64,000 nucleotides of DNA from Zygnema circumcarinatum SAG 698-1b (lineage: Eukaryota > Plantae > Zygnematophyceae). The notes beneath the pieces were generated by a model. It saw only the letters and a list, made by a program, of their open reading frames with translations, did not search any database and had not been told where the DNA came from. Below are positions 28,374-41,500 of the stretch, one piece after another. The stretch covers positions 1,602,689-1,666,688 of the forward strand of contig CM074809.1 in the NCBI GenBank assembly GCA_037447605.1, given 5' to 3'. Position 1 is the first letter of the stretch. Each line of letters opens with the position of its first letter. A program made the position numbers and the translations under genes.

Positions 28374-29027
28374 CGAGGCGGATTATCTCCAAACTACGAG
28401 CTGAAGTCTGCTTCTATGCTCAACAACAAAATGTTCCATTGGCTGGTGCTGCTCTGCCCCTGCTCCATGCGCTCGTCTGCGGCGGCGGCGCCATCAGCCA
28501 GCCGTAATGAGGGCCTCGGCACAGCATCGGATGATGCACGTCACGTCACGTCACGTCACGTCACGTCCTGCACACGGACGGATGCATGCATGCATGGACG
28601 TGCACGTCGCTCCAACATTCGCTGCAAAAAAAAAAGCGTTTCCGTGCGCCGGCTTGCTCGAGCTGCTCCGTAAATTTCCAGCTTTCTGCTTGCAACTGGA
28701 ACTGGAAGGAACTGGACTCGCCCTGGACTGCGTGTTTCCATGGCTACCGGCCGGCAGGCCCGCAGCCGTGACGGCGACATGGAACGGCTCCAAGCGGTCG
28801 CGGCGGCCGCTCGGAACCCTCGCTCGCTCGCGTGCGAACCTTGAGGCGGAGCTGAGGGAGGGAGGGGGAGGGCTTTAGGGCCGGGAGGCGGGGGCTTGGG
28901 AGAATCTGAAGGTCTAGCGCCTTGCGCAGGCCACGGGTTTATCGCAGGTATCTAGGCAGGCTGAGTATTCATAACACATACATACATATAGGTTGGAGTA
29001 TCCTGCTTACTATTAGCTTGCTTTGAA

Positions 29028-30567
29028 ATGGCGGAGACAGATAAGCCTCAGGGCGCAGATGCGCCAGACGATGGCAACCAGGTCAGCCACGAAGAAGAGC
29101 TTGCCGCTGAAAGTGAGGGAAAGAAGGCGGAGGGTATTCCTGCAGCTGTGAAGTCACATCCACTAGAGCGTGCGTGGACACTGTGGTTTGATAATCCAAG
29201 TGCTCGCCAGAAGGGAAACTGGGGGACGTCTTTGCGTAAAGTCTACACGTTTTCGACAGTGGAAGACTTTTGGTGGTGCGTTCCACATGCAAACCCTAAT
29301 TGTTCCTGAGATCGAGTGAACGGTTGTAGTGCGTGGGACATCACGCGAAGTTCCTTTTCTAGAACACCACGTGGCTATAGGTCGGCTGATTCATCCCTGA
29401 TTACTTTTCAATACAACCAGCATGTTAGCAGGCAATGAGGGTTAGGTCTGAGGGTGTCTGTGTGCCAGCTTGCAGCAAAATAGACCATCAACAGGGAGTG
29501 CAGAATTTAGGTTTGCTGTACCTATGGTCCCAGCAGTGTGGGGGCGCCTTTGGTTGCAGTCTTTATAACAATATTGCAACTCCGAGTCGGCTTGTGTCGG
29601 GAGCGGACTTTCATTGCTTCAGAGCGGGAATTGAGCCGAAGTGGGAAGACCCGAAGTGTCTTGGTGGAGGGAAGTGGACAGTCAGTGTTCGCAAAGATAG
29701 AATTGATACCACCTGGCTACACACGGTGAAAACCTCAACTTAATTCTCCTATGCTGACTTCATGCGGGTGAGCCATTCAATGAAACTGTACTGGACAATA
29801 CTTTAACAATTGTTTTTGGTCGTTATCGTCTTGGCAACAGCTCCTTGCTTTGATTGGAGAACACTTTGACGAAGGCGATGATATCTGTGGAGCTGTCGCT
29901 TCCGTTCGTGGAAAGCAAGACAGGGTCGCCATATGGACAAGGGTTGCCAGTAATGAAGACCTTCAGGTTTGTACAAGGAGGAGTCGCTGATTCTGCCCTT
30001 CATTATTCTAATTCTCTCGGGTTGACACATGTATGTCCATATCGGGTGTCTCAACTGAAATATGGCAGTTGTCTTTAATGCTAATTGAGTAAGGAATGTT
30101 CCCGAACCATATGAAGATTGAAAGAATCAATTTATTCCTTAACCTGTAACTGGGTATAGTGTTGATTGCATGCATGTAGAAGGGCCCATTGCAGCATATT
30201 AGGGCGATATGTCTAACTGTGGATGAGTTTTGGCAGCTATCACTCGCAAAACAGTGGAAGAAAGCGCTTGATCTCTCAGACAGGATCGGTTACATGGCCC
30301 ATGTAAGTTGTCGTTTATGTTGGCCTCTGGCACAACTCTACTCATGGGGCTGAATGTTCTTTGCTTAATATTTTTCTATGATTGCTGCTTTAACGATTTC
30401 TTTGGTGACAGTTATTGCGGCTCATCTCTGCTTTCTGTGAGAACCATGGGATTCGCTCGTTGTCAGCTTCAGAATTGCAAGATTTAGCAATTTCGTTGCA
30501 TTTAATGTTGCAGGAAGACGCCAAGAGAGACGATAAGAGAGCCAAGGAACGGTACTGGTCTGAGTGA
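29028..30567 (+). CDS. eIF4E: Eukaryotic translation initiation factor 4E (class I cap-binding protein, 219 aa)
   Basis: Exons 29028-29275, 29560-29725, 29841-29966, 30237-30302 and 30514-30567. Motifs [27 protein letters not shown] and [19 protein letters not shown]. Confidence 0.96.
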
Positions 30568-31972
30568 TATCCTCCCAGCGTGGCGACGATCTTTCTTGGC
30601 TGCCCAAGTTGGCGTTACTTCTTCCCTTGAGTTCACGCGCCTGTGGCTGCGAGCAATTCTTCTTGTGCCAAAACCGGGATACCCTGATAAAAAAAACCGG
30701 GAGTTTTTAATCAGGGGTCGTGAATTGACCAATGATGTACTAATGCGGCCGTTGAGATGCATGGGGAGATCATCGGCCGCTTGGCTGTAATGATTTGCAG
30801 GACTAGTGCAAAACTAACCTGTAAATCGTACGCAACAGCTTTGGCTGCAGCAGGATGGCTATTTTTGATCCTTTCTTTTTGCGCCAGAAATGACGGAGGT
30901 AATTAATTCTAACTGCTTAAGAAGCTGCTTGGACAGAAAAATAGCTCTGAGCTTGTCGTAGATTTGCGCGTTATGCGATATGCTCACAGCATATTGCAGG
31001 ATTCAATTGTATTCAACCGTTGGATTCGCTTGCAGAATGCCTTTTCCGGGGGGGCTATTCGTGATGTATTATTTTGAGTGTTACAGGACTCTGTGAGCAG
31101 TAGAAACAGTACATCTGTGCAGTTTTTTGGAATGAGATGTGATATATGGTGTTCTCATGGGAACAGCTTCGGAATACGAGAGCACTACCAAAAAGAAAGT
31201 AAGTCAACAGCAAGACAGAAAGATTATCACCCCAGCTGTGGATGTTGCAGTTTTCATGTATGAGTAGCAATTCTTGGACTACCCAGAACGGGCAGTTTTC
31301 TGCCCTCACATTTCCCTAAGTCTGAAGCACAGTCCAAAGGTTGGACTGTGTGAACATTGTGAAGTCTGAATCGAGTACCACAATTCAAAAGTTGGATTGT
31401 GTGAACATTGTGCTAAGCTCCACCATGAAATCTTATACGTGAAGTTCACGAAACTCTTTATACCGCATTGCACAAATGAATATTTTGTGAAATACGCAAT
31501 TGGCATACAGTAGTAGTTTTAACTGTACAAAGGACCTTTGCGGCCAGTTCCTCGTGGTTCCCCATGATGCTGATTTTGTCCATGTACATCTGATGGCATC
31601 ATCGCCATCCTGAGATCAATGCCACATCTTACTTTTCGGCAGAAAGGGCATTAGAAATGCGAACTCCCCAGTGCGATCAGCATCGTCCTCCCCTCCCTCT
31701 CCTCAAGTCCCCATTTCAAGCCACAATAGGAAATCCAATGGGAACTCGCCACGTACACAAGTTTACATACGTGGCGCATTCTCATTGGAGCTCCGTTGTG
31801 GTCCGACAATGGAAGAAGAGGATGATTTACGCTCGCCTCACGCCAACGCCGTGGAGCCCTCCCTGAGCTCGCTCCCTCCATCTATCGGCACTGGAACGAC
31901 CGCAGCAGCCCACTGCATATAGGAAGGAGGGTATTTAGGGTTTCGGGGAAGACGTAGAAGGAAGCATCCGCC

Positions 31973-33525
31973 ATGGCAGCTCGATGCGCTGCTTGCGCTG
32001 TCACTTCAATTTACGCTGTTGCGGCAGCGAGAAGCAGCCGCGAGCTTCGGCAAGGAACTGCAAGGTCGCTTTCACGACTTTCTACAGCGCCTTCGTTGCT
32101 ACCGCAAAGCTTTAACATAAGGAGGCAAACTGGGAAATTAGGAGGAGATGTAGGTTCTAGGATGCTGATTGTGAGGGCCTTGGAAATTTCGGGACCCGGA
32201 GCGATTGATTCGCCCTTAATGATATCAATGCGAGAAAAGGTACTGCTAGAAATCTGTGGATAATCCGTATTAACACATTCTGTATGCCCCCGTTTACGCA
32301 TGTGGTGTTCAAGAAAAACTTTAGAAGTGCATTAAGTTGCTTGTTTTTCTAGCTTTCGTTGCCGTCTGACAGCGTTGCTTTGGAAGAGCTGGTTCAGCGT
32401 GATCACTCCGCCTAGGTTGTGAAGATTGGCGTGGTTTGACTCGGACATGCACGCTTGCAGATTATGACGGCACTGGAAACCGAGCAGGTGTCGGTTACGG
32501 ACGTTCAAGGAGATGGGCGGCATGTAAGGTGAGGATCACGACTGTTGTAGGCATGAGTGCTGATGCACCATATACATTTCCTGTAGTACGTGTACGATTG
32601 AACTGAGAAACTGCCACTCAATCTTTGCGCCCGTAACAGCAGCTCTTTCTTCGAAACTGGCTGACTGCTGCAAGGTCTTTTTCTAGGGGGAGATAATATT
32701 TCACTTAGTTCTGCTTACTGGTGTCATGCTCTAATGCACTCTGAATCTTTGGAGGCTGCATTGTGGCATGAGGTGGGCCTTCCTCCTGTCTGTGGAAGTC
32801 AATTTTCACGGAGTGAAGAAAACTAGCAGTTAACTTTGGAGAATGTTAAATTCTGAATGCCTATTTTCTTTTTAGTGCTTGCTTTTGAAACTTTGTTGAA
32901 TGCATTTATATTGAGCATTGTTCAGCAGGGACCTATTGGCTTGAATTTGAAGCAATCGTGCATGGACTCATTTCACATATGCCGTCCGAATTCTAGTGAT
33001 GAAAGATAAGGTGTTTTCCTGAATGAAGACATTTTTGTATTCTTAATCAGTGGGTGAAGTGACCCGTACATTTTCACTTAGTGCTGCTTACTGATGTCTC
33101 ATCTTCTATGGCACTCTGAAACTTTGGAGGCTGCAATGTGTCGTGCGGTGGGTCATACGGACGATACGGACGAAAAGATAATGTCTGTGAAAGTCAAGCG
33201 TCTATCTCAACGGTCACGCAGTCAAGAAAACTAGCAGAAACTGCGGTCTGTCTAGCAACTTATCTGTACCAAGCGAAAACATTTATGTCCGATTAAGTTT
33301 TCATGGTAAATGTCTTTTTACATTGTGCTGTTGACAGAGTCACGGTGACTAAAATGTAAAATATGTGTTGGCACGTGCAGTATTGAGGTTGTATCTTCGC
33401 TTTTCGAAGGGAAAAGGAGTGTTGACCGGCAACGAATGGTGTATAAGGCCATATGGGAAGAACTCCAGGAGGTTGTGCACGCCGTTGATTCGTTAACTAC
33501 CAAGGCGCCTTCAGAGATCTCTTGA
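31973..33525 (+). CDS. BOLA4: BolA4-like protein with organellar transit peptide (159 aa)
   Basis: Exons 31973-32239, 32461-32528 and 33381-33525. Motifs [13 protein letters not shown] and [36 protein letters not shown]. Confidence 0.93.
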
Positions 33526-35185
33526 ATGTCTCCATCTCTTGGTTGCCGTAGTGTTTGCGGCAGGGTAGTAGAAGGTTTGTTATCATTGTAAAAGATTTAG
33601 CGATTCTTTCAGTATTTTCTTCATATCATGTTCGGTTCATTCCTTCTTTGCTCTTTGATTTGCATCCTTTCGCTATTTTGGGGGTATTGAACATCCTGGG
33701 TGTGTGTCTTAACACCATATCCTGCAGCAAGACCAAATCGAGGTGTTCTTTTGCTTGGTTTTTCATGCCGTTTGCATCGTGGTTGGCTCTGATAGGCAAT
33801 TTGTAGACACTATGGTCGATCACTGCACTGCTATACAAACCCACCTGATCATTTGAGAGCTTGCTTACAATGAAAGAAACGAATGAGAATTGGTATTGAT
33901 CTCCCGCTGTCCACACCATCAAACGTACATGTACACTGGCAATATGTAGAACCACTGTGAACCGGCCACACATGACCTATTAACGAAAGAAAGGCTCGAA
34001 ACGAGGCCATACAACGCGGCTCTTAAAGCAGCCGTGGAAACGAGCGGCGCGGCTGGCGAGCACGAGAGAGGTTGCCGAAGACTCAGAGCTTCCTTCGACT
34101 TTGAGGCGGCCAAAGCACAAAGTTCACCGCGCGGCCTCTCGACAGACCGGCGCGATGACGTCACGACCGGGAAAAAATCTGCTTAACACTTAGACAGGCC
34201 CTGCGGTTAGGGCTACCGCCGGTCACCTCCGGTCACCGCCGTTCCGATTGTATCCTCTCTAAAAGTTGGCCGTCCGTTGCGCCTGCGAAGAGGCGGCAAG
34301 CAAACGGCCAATCGCCTTGCGCCGTTGCACGTGCAAGAATTTTCTGACCATTCCGTGGACGAAACGTGGCAACCAAGGCGATAGGAACACAGCGCTGACT
34401 ATGAATCCGAACTGGCCCGCCACTCTGACATGGAAGAGCTCCGGTCCGTACCGTACGGTGAAAGCAGTGAGCTCGTGCTGACGTCAGACCTGGACCTGCG
34501 CTGAAGCCTGTCCGTACAGACGCTGTACGGCGTCCGCAGAGATACAACGGCAGATTCCCCGCCACAAGATTCCCACGGGTCCTGTTTCGCACGCTGCGAA
34601 ACGTGCATGACGTCGCTAAGCGTCATCCGTCACTGGTCCGTCCCCTCCACACGTACGCAGCTGCAAACCGGTGACGCGAAGTTGCAAACCGGCCACCGCG
34701 CCTGCGCCGCGCGGCAGATTTTTAGCTCGGCTGCTTTCTTGGACCGCCTGCGCCCTCGGCCTGGCCTGGCTTTCTCCTCCCTCCCTCCGTCCTCTCCGCC
34801 CGCTCGGAGGAGGAGGTGGGTGCAGGGCGGGTCGCCTGGCTCGCCTCCGGGAAGCGCTGATGCAGCATCAGTGCAGAGGCCATGACCTGCGATGCCACGG
34901 TGACAGTTGAAATTCATAGCTTTGAGAATCGCGGGCGGGAGCGAGAGGCGAGGGGCCGAGCGGTGGGGAGCATTCCGAGTATTTGTTTGGTTGCATTTTG
35001 GTGATTGTTAAGGGTTTGCAAAGGCTTCAGGGACATCAGTGAGGGAGAGCTGCTCCAGGGTGCGATTCGGCTAGAATTGGTGCTTGACGGAGTGGCAAGA
35101 AAAAATTAGGGTTAGACCCTCTGGGAAGAGGAGAATTGAAGGACGGTCCTGGCGCCATGCAATGCTAGAAGAATAGAGTGGAATT

Positions 35186-38100
35186 ATGTCGACATGCACG
35201 ATAGTGTGGTTTCGTAGAGACCTGCGGCTTGAGGATAATCCTGCACTCATTGCTGCGGCCCGGGCAGGGAGTGTGGTCCCTGTTTTCGTGTGGTGTCCGG
35301 AGGAGGAGGGGCAGTTTTATCCAGGCCGTGTATCACGATGGTGGTTGAAGCAAAGTTTAATTCAATTAGATGCATCCTTGCGAGCTCTAGGCACGCCCCT
35401 AATTATGCGTTCAGCACGCAGTACTCTCTCCGTGCTAACGGAAATAATTCGGGTCACGGGTGCTACGCAATTGTTTTACAACCATCTTTATGGTATGCTT
35501 GTCAGCCTTACCTGCGAGTTGTTGTACTACTATAATCGAAAAACAGAAAGTAAGCAGATTGGATTAGCTCTTATTCGTTATGAGCGGCTGTTTGGAAGTC
35601 GTTTTTCTTGTTGAACTCCAATGTGGTGTTAGCTCGACGACTTATTAGGCGAACTCTCAACCTGCAGTTACGCTTTGCAGCAGCTGTGGTTGAATGCAAA
35701 GCTTATCATGTTTGTCTCCATTTATTTTTTACTTTTTGTTTTGAACGAATACGTAAGTTAACCTAATTCTTTTGCTGCTCGATGGTGAATGACAGACCCA
35801 GTATCGCTTGTCCGCGATCACAAAGTGAAGCAGAGCCTAGCCCAGCTGGGTGGCATCACTGTCCACACTTTTAATGCGGATGTCCTTTACGAACCTTGGG
35901 AAGTTTATGATGGTCACGGCCAGGCTTTCACCACTTTTGACGCATTTTGGAATAAGTGCCTCAATATGGCATTTGAGCCTGATACATCCCTGGCTGCTCC
36001 CACGAAACTCACTGGCCCACAAGGTATGCGCCTGAACTTTGCCAATGCCTGTCCGCTACAATGTTTCAGCCTCTGAACCTCACTGCACAGTCTTTGAGTT
36101 AGAGTGCCCCTCTCTATTCCTCTTCACACCATTTCAGGAGTTAGCGTATGTCCTTGGTAACTGACCTACTGCATGAGGCCGAATCGATGCAGTTGCCGAA
36201 TGGAGCTTCTCTGCGGAGGAGTTGGGTTTGGAGAACCAACAAGAGAAGCCAAGCAATGCCCTATTGTCAAGGGCATGGGTGCCTGGATGGTCCAACGCTG
36301 ACCGAGCCTTGGAAGCTTTCTTGCGGGGTTCGTTGATGGAGTACTCTGTGAACAGTTCGAAGACAGATAGTGCCACCACGTCGCTGCTTTCTCCTCACAT
36401 GCACTTTGGTGAAATCAGTGTCCGAAAGATTTATCATGAAGCGCGCAGGATGCAGGCTTTATGGAAAACAGAAGGGGTCCAAGCTGGTGTTGAGAGTGTG
36501 GATATGTTCTTGCGTGCCTTAGGATACAGAGAGTATTCCCGTTACTTGAGCTTCAACTTCCCCTTCACGCATGAACGTTCTCTGCTCGCTAATCTCAAGT
36601 CTTTTCCTTGGCGAGTGGATGAAGCATCCTTCAAAGTGTGGCGGCAGGGCCGTACAGGCTATCCCCTCGTTGACGCGGGAATGCGTGAGCTATGGGCCAC
36701 GGGGTGGCTGCACAACCGTGTTCGGGTGGTTGTGTCCAGTTTCTGTGTGAAGTTTTTGCAGCTTCCATGGCGCTGGGGGATGAAATACTTCTGGGACACT
36801 CTCATGGATGCCGATTTGGAATGTGACGTACTTGGATGGCAGTATATATCAGGTTCTTTACCGGACGGTCATGAGTTGGACAGGATGGAAAATCCCGAGG
36901 TGTGTTTTACTGTTTCCTTTCCCTTTCTCGGAAGACTTTTCGTACGTGGAATGTAGTGTTCACAGCGCTGCGATTTTGCTGATTCAGTCGACAACTGACA
37001 AATGTCGACAATCTTGCGTGCATTGCTGACTGCGGCTTTACTTCTCAAGCTTTTCCATTGTTTTCGTTTGGACAGTATGATGACGGAGCTGTTGGATTGG
37101 TCGTGATTAGGGTATAATCAGATTCATCGATTATTTCAGTGCTCCTAAGTCCAGCCTTTTCAGAATAGATTGATACCTACTTTCACTTTTTACTTTTACA
37201 AACTTTGAGCAAGGTTAACTTCCTTGCAAGCATAGCATCTCCGCCTATACCTTCTCCCTCTTGCCCTGTAACCTTAAGCTCCACAATGGTTAATTGGCAG
37301 TCCGCAATCATCTGTTTTTCTGAAGAAGGCATGAAAGTGGCCGTAACTGCCGTATCCCTCTGTGACTTCTTTTCACTTGTCATTCAGTGAGTAATAATGA
37401 CAAGCTTGCAGTAGAGGTCCTTTCCAGTATTATTTAGATTGAAGCTTTATTTCCTAAGCAAATGGGCAGGTTTACTGAAAATATCCCATGGTGTGCGTTT
37501 TGCAGGTGGAAGGTTATAGATACGACCCGAACGGAGAATATGTGCGTAGGTGGCTTCCCGAGCTTTGTCGTGTTCCCACAGAGTGGATACATCATCCGTG
37601 GGATGCCCCTTCTCATGTGCTCCGAGCGGCAGGGGTGGAGTTGGGAGTCAATTATCCTCGGCCTATTGTTGAACTTGCAACTGCAAGGGAGCGTCTACAG
37701 GAAGCATTGACAGAAATGTGGGAGAGAGAGGCTGCGTTAAAGGCAGCATTAGCTAATGGAGTGGAGGAGGGTCTTGGGGAGACTCTGGAAGTAGTTGGAA
37801 CTGGTGGTCCGGGCCATGAAGCCATGGAAGTGCACACTGCAGTGGTGCAGCCCTGTATAGAACATTCTCTCAGCTCGCGGAGAGACCAATTGGTGCCCTC
37901 GCTGCCGAGCATGAAGGCAGCTCATGCTGCTGAGTCCATCTTAAGACGAGCAGATCGGACTTACCATTCACCCAGAACAGTTGCTTCCGCGCTTGCAGAA
38001 GGTGTGCAACCCCCATCTCCTTTGCACTCTCCTCAAGAGGAAGGCATGCCGCTACCTGCACAGCTCGGGGAAAATGCTGATGGGGGGCAGCAGGGAGGAG

Positions 38101-38504
38101 AGCAAAGCAAGTCAGCATCAGGTGGGCAGGACGAAGTGGCAGCAAACCTACAGGGAGCATTGCCACAGTATGCAGCGTATGGACAACGCCCATTGCTGCT
38201 AGGAAGTCATTCCAAAGAGCTGGACCTCGATTCCACTGCTGAATCGTCTATTCCCCATCCACACATGCTTGGAGCAGAAGCATGCAGCAGCCATGCAAAC
38301 ACTGCAGCAGTGCCCGTATGGTCGCAGTCGGAAAGTACGGAAGTCACACCTACAGGATGTGGGGCTGTTCCTGCTGAGCCCATAGGTGTGGTCCCATCCG
38401 TTCCAGATGGAAGGAGGGGCAGCAGGAGGCATTATCACTCCATGCAAATGAGCGAATTGGGGGCTATGGCTGCTGCTGCAAGTGCCAAGGTCTTCCCTCT
38501 CTAA
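35186..38504 (+). CDS. CRY: Plant-type cryptochrome (PHR domain plus C-terminal DAS extension, ~750 aa)
   Basis: Exons 35186-35492, 35796-36023, ~36193(or 36178)-36899 and 37506-38504. Motifs IVWFRRDLRLEDNPAL, GRTGYPLVDAGMRELWATGWLHNRVR, DPNGEYVRRWLPEL, and DAS motifs DQLVP, STAESS and AVPVW. Confidence 0.97.
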
Positions 38505-41500
38505 CCCCAGACTGGATAAGCATAGTGAAATGTTCTTTCTCCTCTTTTCCTCTTTTCTCTCTCTTTTTTTGCATGCTTGAAGAGGCCGGCCAACTGCCGC
38601 CTTTTTCCAGTTCGTCCTGTTTCTGGTGGCAAGTGCTTGGATTTGAGACACCTGCGATTGCGTGCTGAAGAGATTGAGATTGAGCATGCAGTAGCTAATT
38701 GCGAGGTTATGCAATGGGCGCTTTAGTGCCAGGGGGCAGTTTGCGCAGTCATGCGGTGGAAGCAGGGGTAGGGGCAGGGGCACCAAAACAAAACAAAAAA
38801 ACTAAAACCCTAAAACAATGCTGGGAGCATCGTCTCATTGTATTGCTTGTACCTTTGTTGGGTGGGGATGGGAGGGGGGGCGTATGGGGTGGGGGGAGGG
38901 GGACCATTTCCAGACAGGAGGAGCATCAACAGGAGATGAAGCGTCTACGGAATCAGCGTTCAGAAAGCCCCCGGGAGGGGCGCTACTTGCTATAAGTTGT
39001 AGCCATTAGCACTCTGGTATAAGGATACGACATATGAAGTTCTTTAATTTTCCGCGCGTTGTGTAAGATCGCCAGCTGCAGCCATCAGGAGTAGGGCAAG
39101 GTGACATGGGAGCCATTGCGGATGGTTGATAATGATTGCTCCCCTTCTGACGAAGGAGCTGCGGGATGAGAAGCGTGCGACTTTTGTGCTACGTTCTAAG
39201 GCTGCCTACTATATGCGGCCGGATAGTCCTTGCTTCAGACACAGGGAAAGGGGCGTAATGCCCCGCCCTGCATGAGCTCAAGTTCCTAATTTCCCCTACC
39301 GTGTGGCCCATTTACATGGACTTGCTGGAAGGTGGTTTCCAAGGGTCCCTGTGGGCAGCAAGGTCGAGACAGATTCAAAGTCAGTTTGTAAGGCGTATGC
39401 TTAGCAGCAAGCTTGCGAGGCTAGGGCCAAACGCTCGCCATTTTGTTTCTTGCCTGGTTTGAAACAAGCCTGTCCGCAGCACCCATGTAGCTCTAATCTA
39501 CTCATGAAGGGGGCGAACCACATGTGACCCCCTCCAGAGCTCCTTTCCTGCGCTGGAGAAGTTGTTGGGAGGAGGTCCTGTCTTTTAGTTTCGTATTCAG
39601 CGCATGGGAGTCTTTGGAAGGACAGTCATGTATGTATTAAGTGGGACTCTGTCCCCCTCCAATGCAGAGATTTTTGTCTGTGTGTCTATATATTCGGGTC
39701 TTGCGGAGTCTGTGTGGCTGCTGTGATTACTTGGTGAGCTCATGAGTTATCTATCACTTATCAGTCATAGGTCAGACGTATAGGAAACAGAGGATATTGG
39801 GATGGAGTGTGCATTGGAGAAATTCACTCTGAAGAGCCGGCCAGCCATTACGATGCAAGCGATGGACTTCAAAGTCAAAACTGGAGACCGGAGAGCTATT
39901 GCATTGTCTGAACGATAGTCAGCAATTGCAGTGCGTTTTGAAGGGAGAAGGGGTGTGAAGACTAAGAACAACAATTTCGTTAGGTGTAGAAAGTCTCCCT
40001 TTTTTATCTCACATCATCCCGAACTTAACCTGTAACTTCAAACGAGCCTGCATGTTCAAAAAAAAAAAAACCCCAAGGGAGACGTGTATAACAGCCTCAG
40101 AATGCAGAAAAAACACTGCAGGTGATCCTTCCTCCTGCTCAGAGGTGACTGAATAGGTGCTCAAAAGCCAGTAACGCTTCGAGCCCAAGGACACGACTGG
40201 TTTTACAAAATAATATTAGAACGTGCAAGGTTCTTTTTGTTAAGTGGGGCCAACAAGTTAAACGCGGAACAGTATGCAAGTCTTCATGAAAAGCTTAACC
40301 TCATTATCTGTCTTCGTTGCTTACTGAGAATTTTAGTTTTAAGGAAACTTACATCCATAGAGGACAATCACACCCGCAGCAAACAGAACTCGAGGAAAGG
40401 TGGGCAGAAGAGTACACAGTGAGTGAAAGTTACCCTCTGCAATGACCGCTTTGCAGCGTGTCCTGGCCTTCGTGAAAATGCGAGGTCTGCTTGGATTAGA
40501 AGCATTTGCTTTGAAGAGCGACTCTTTTACCATTCATAGAGAAGTGAAAGCCACAAACAAATACCACTGACATTTTTCTCGAGTCTCAACTGTGAGCAGA
40601 CAAAGATACAAAGCGACATAACGGGATACAAAGAGAGAGTGGACAACAAAGTATTTTCTAGTGCGACATCACGGACAGGTCCACACAGCAAGACCGGTGT
40701 TTGCTTGCTTTCTCTGGCGGAGGAGCAGCAGCAGGAGTAGCGCAGGCTCTGCAGGGCACAAAACATATCAAAGGCCATTCGTGTTCATTGGAATCTGCGA
40801 ACACGAACGTGGCCTTCAGTTGAAAACAGGTTGTATCCCTCGCGAATGACGGGCAACAAATTCTTTCAAGTTGAAGAACAGATGCAGCGCTGACACTGAG
40901 GTCGTGACTCGAGAGCTGCTCGCACTTTCCAGAATCTGCAGTGTCCGCGGTAGCGTTTGGAACCCTGCCAGACGCGGTGTGGCGTACCTCGAGATCAACG
41001 TTATCTCATTCACAGGCGCCCTTTCCATCTGCTCTTTGTCCATTTCTCACAGCTCTTCCCGGAAAAGCGATTTTTGTAATGACGGTTCTTCATCTCTACA
41101 GAAAGTATAAACGCTGGAATCCTGTACATCTGACTGCGGGAGCGTTTTGGGGGTAAGTATCCGAGCGTACGCATCGTCCATGCATCGACGCAGCCTATCA
41201 GCCTCACAGCACTTGCATGCGTGTTGCTGTTCGACCGTCCCGTCCATGTAGCCACCATTCCTTCACATTTTCTGCCACTCCACTGCATGTCGCCTGTTCT
41301 TTGCAGGTTCGGGGTGGGTCTTGGATGCGGAGTAGGATGCGGTCCAGGGTTCGGGCCTCCGGTGGTTGGCTATGTGGGCAGTGGCTGTGGCGTTGGACTA
41401 TGGTATGGCACGTGACGCAGCAGACCTTGCTCTTGCTTGCCAATCTATGAAACCATTACTTTTTTCGAAATTCAATCGCTTTTATAAACCTGAAAACTAA

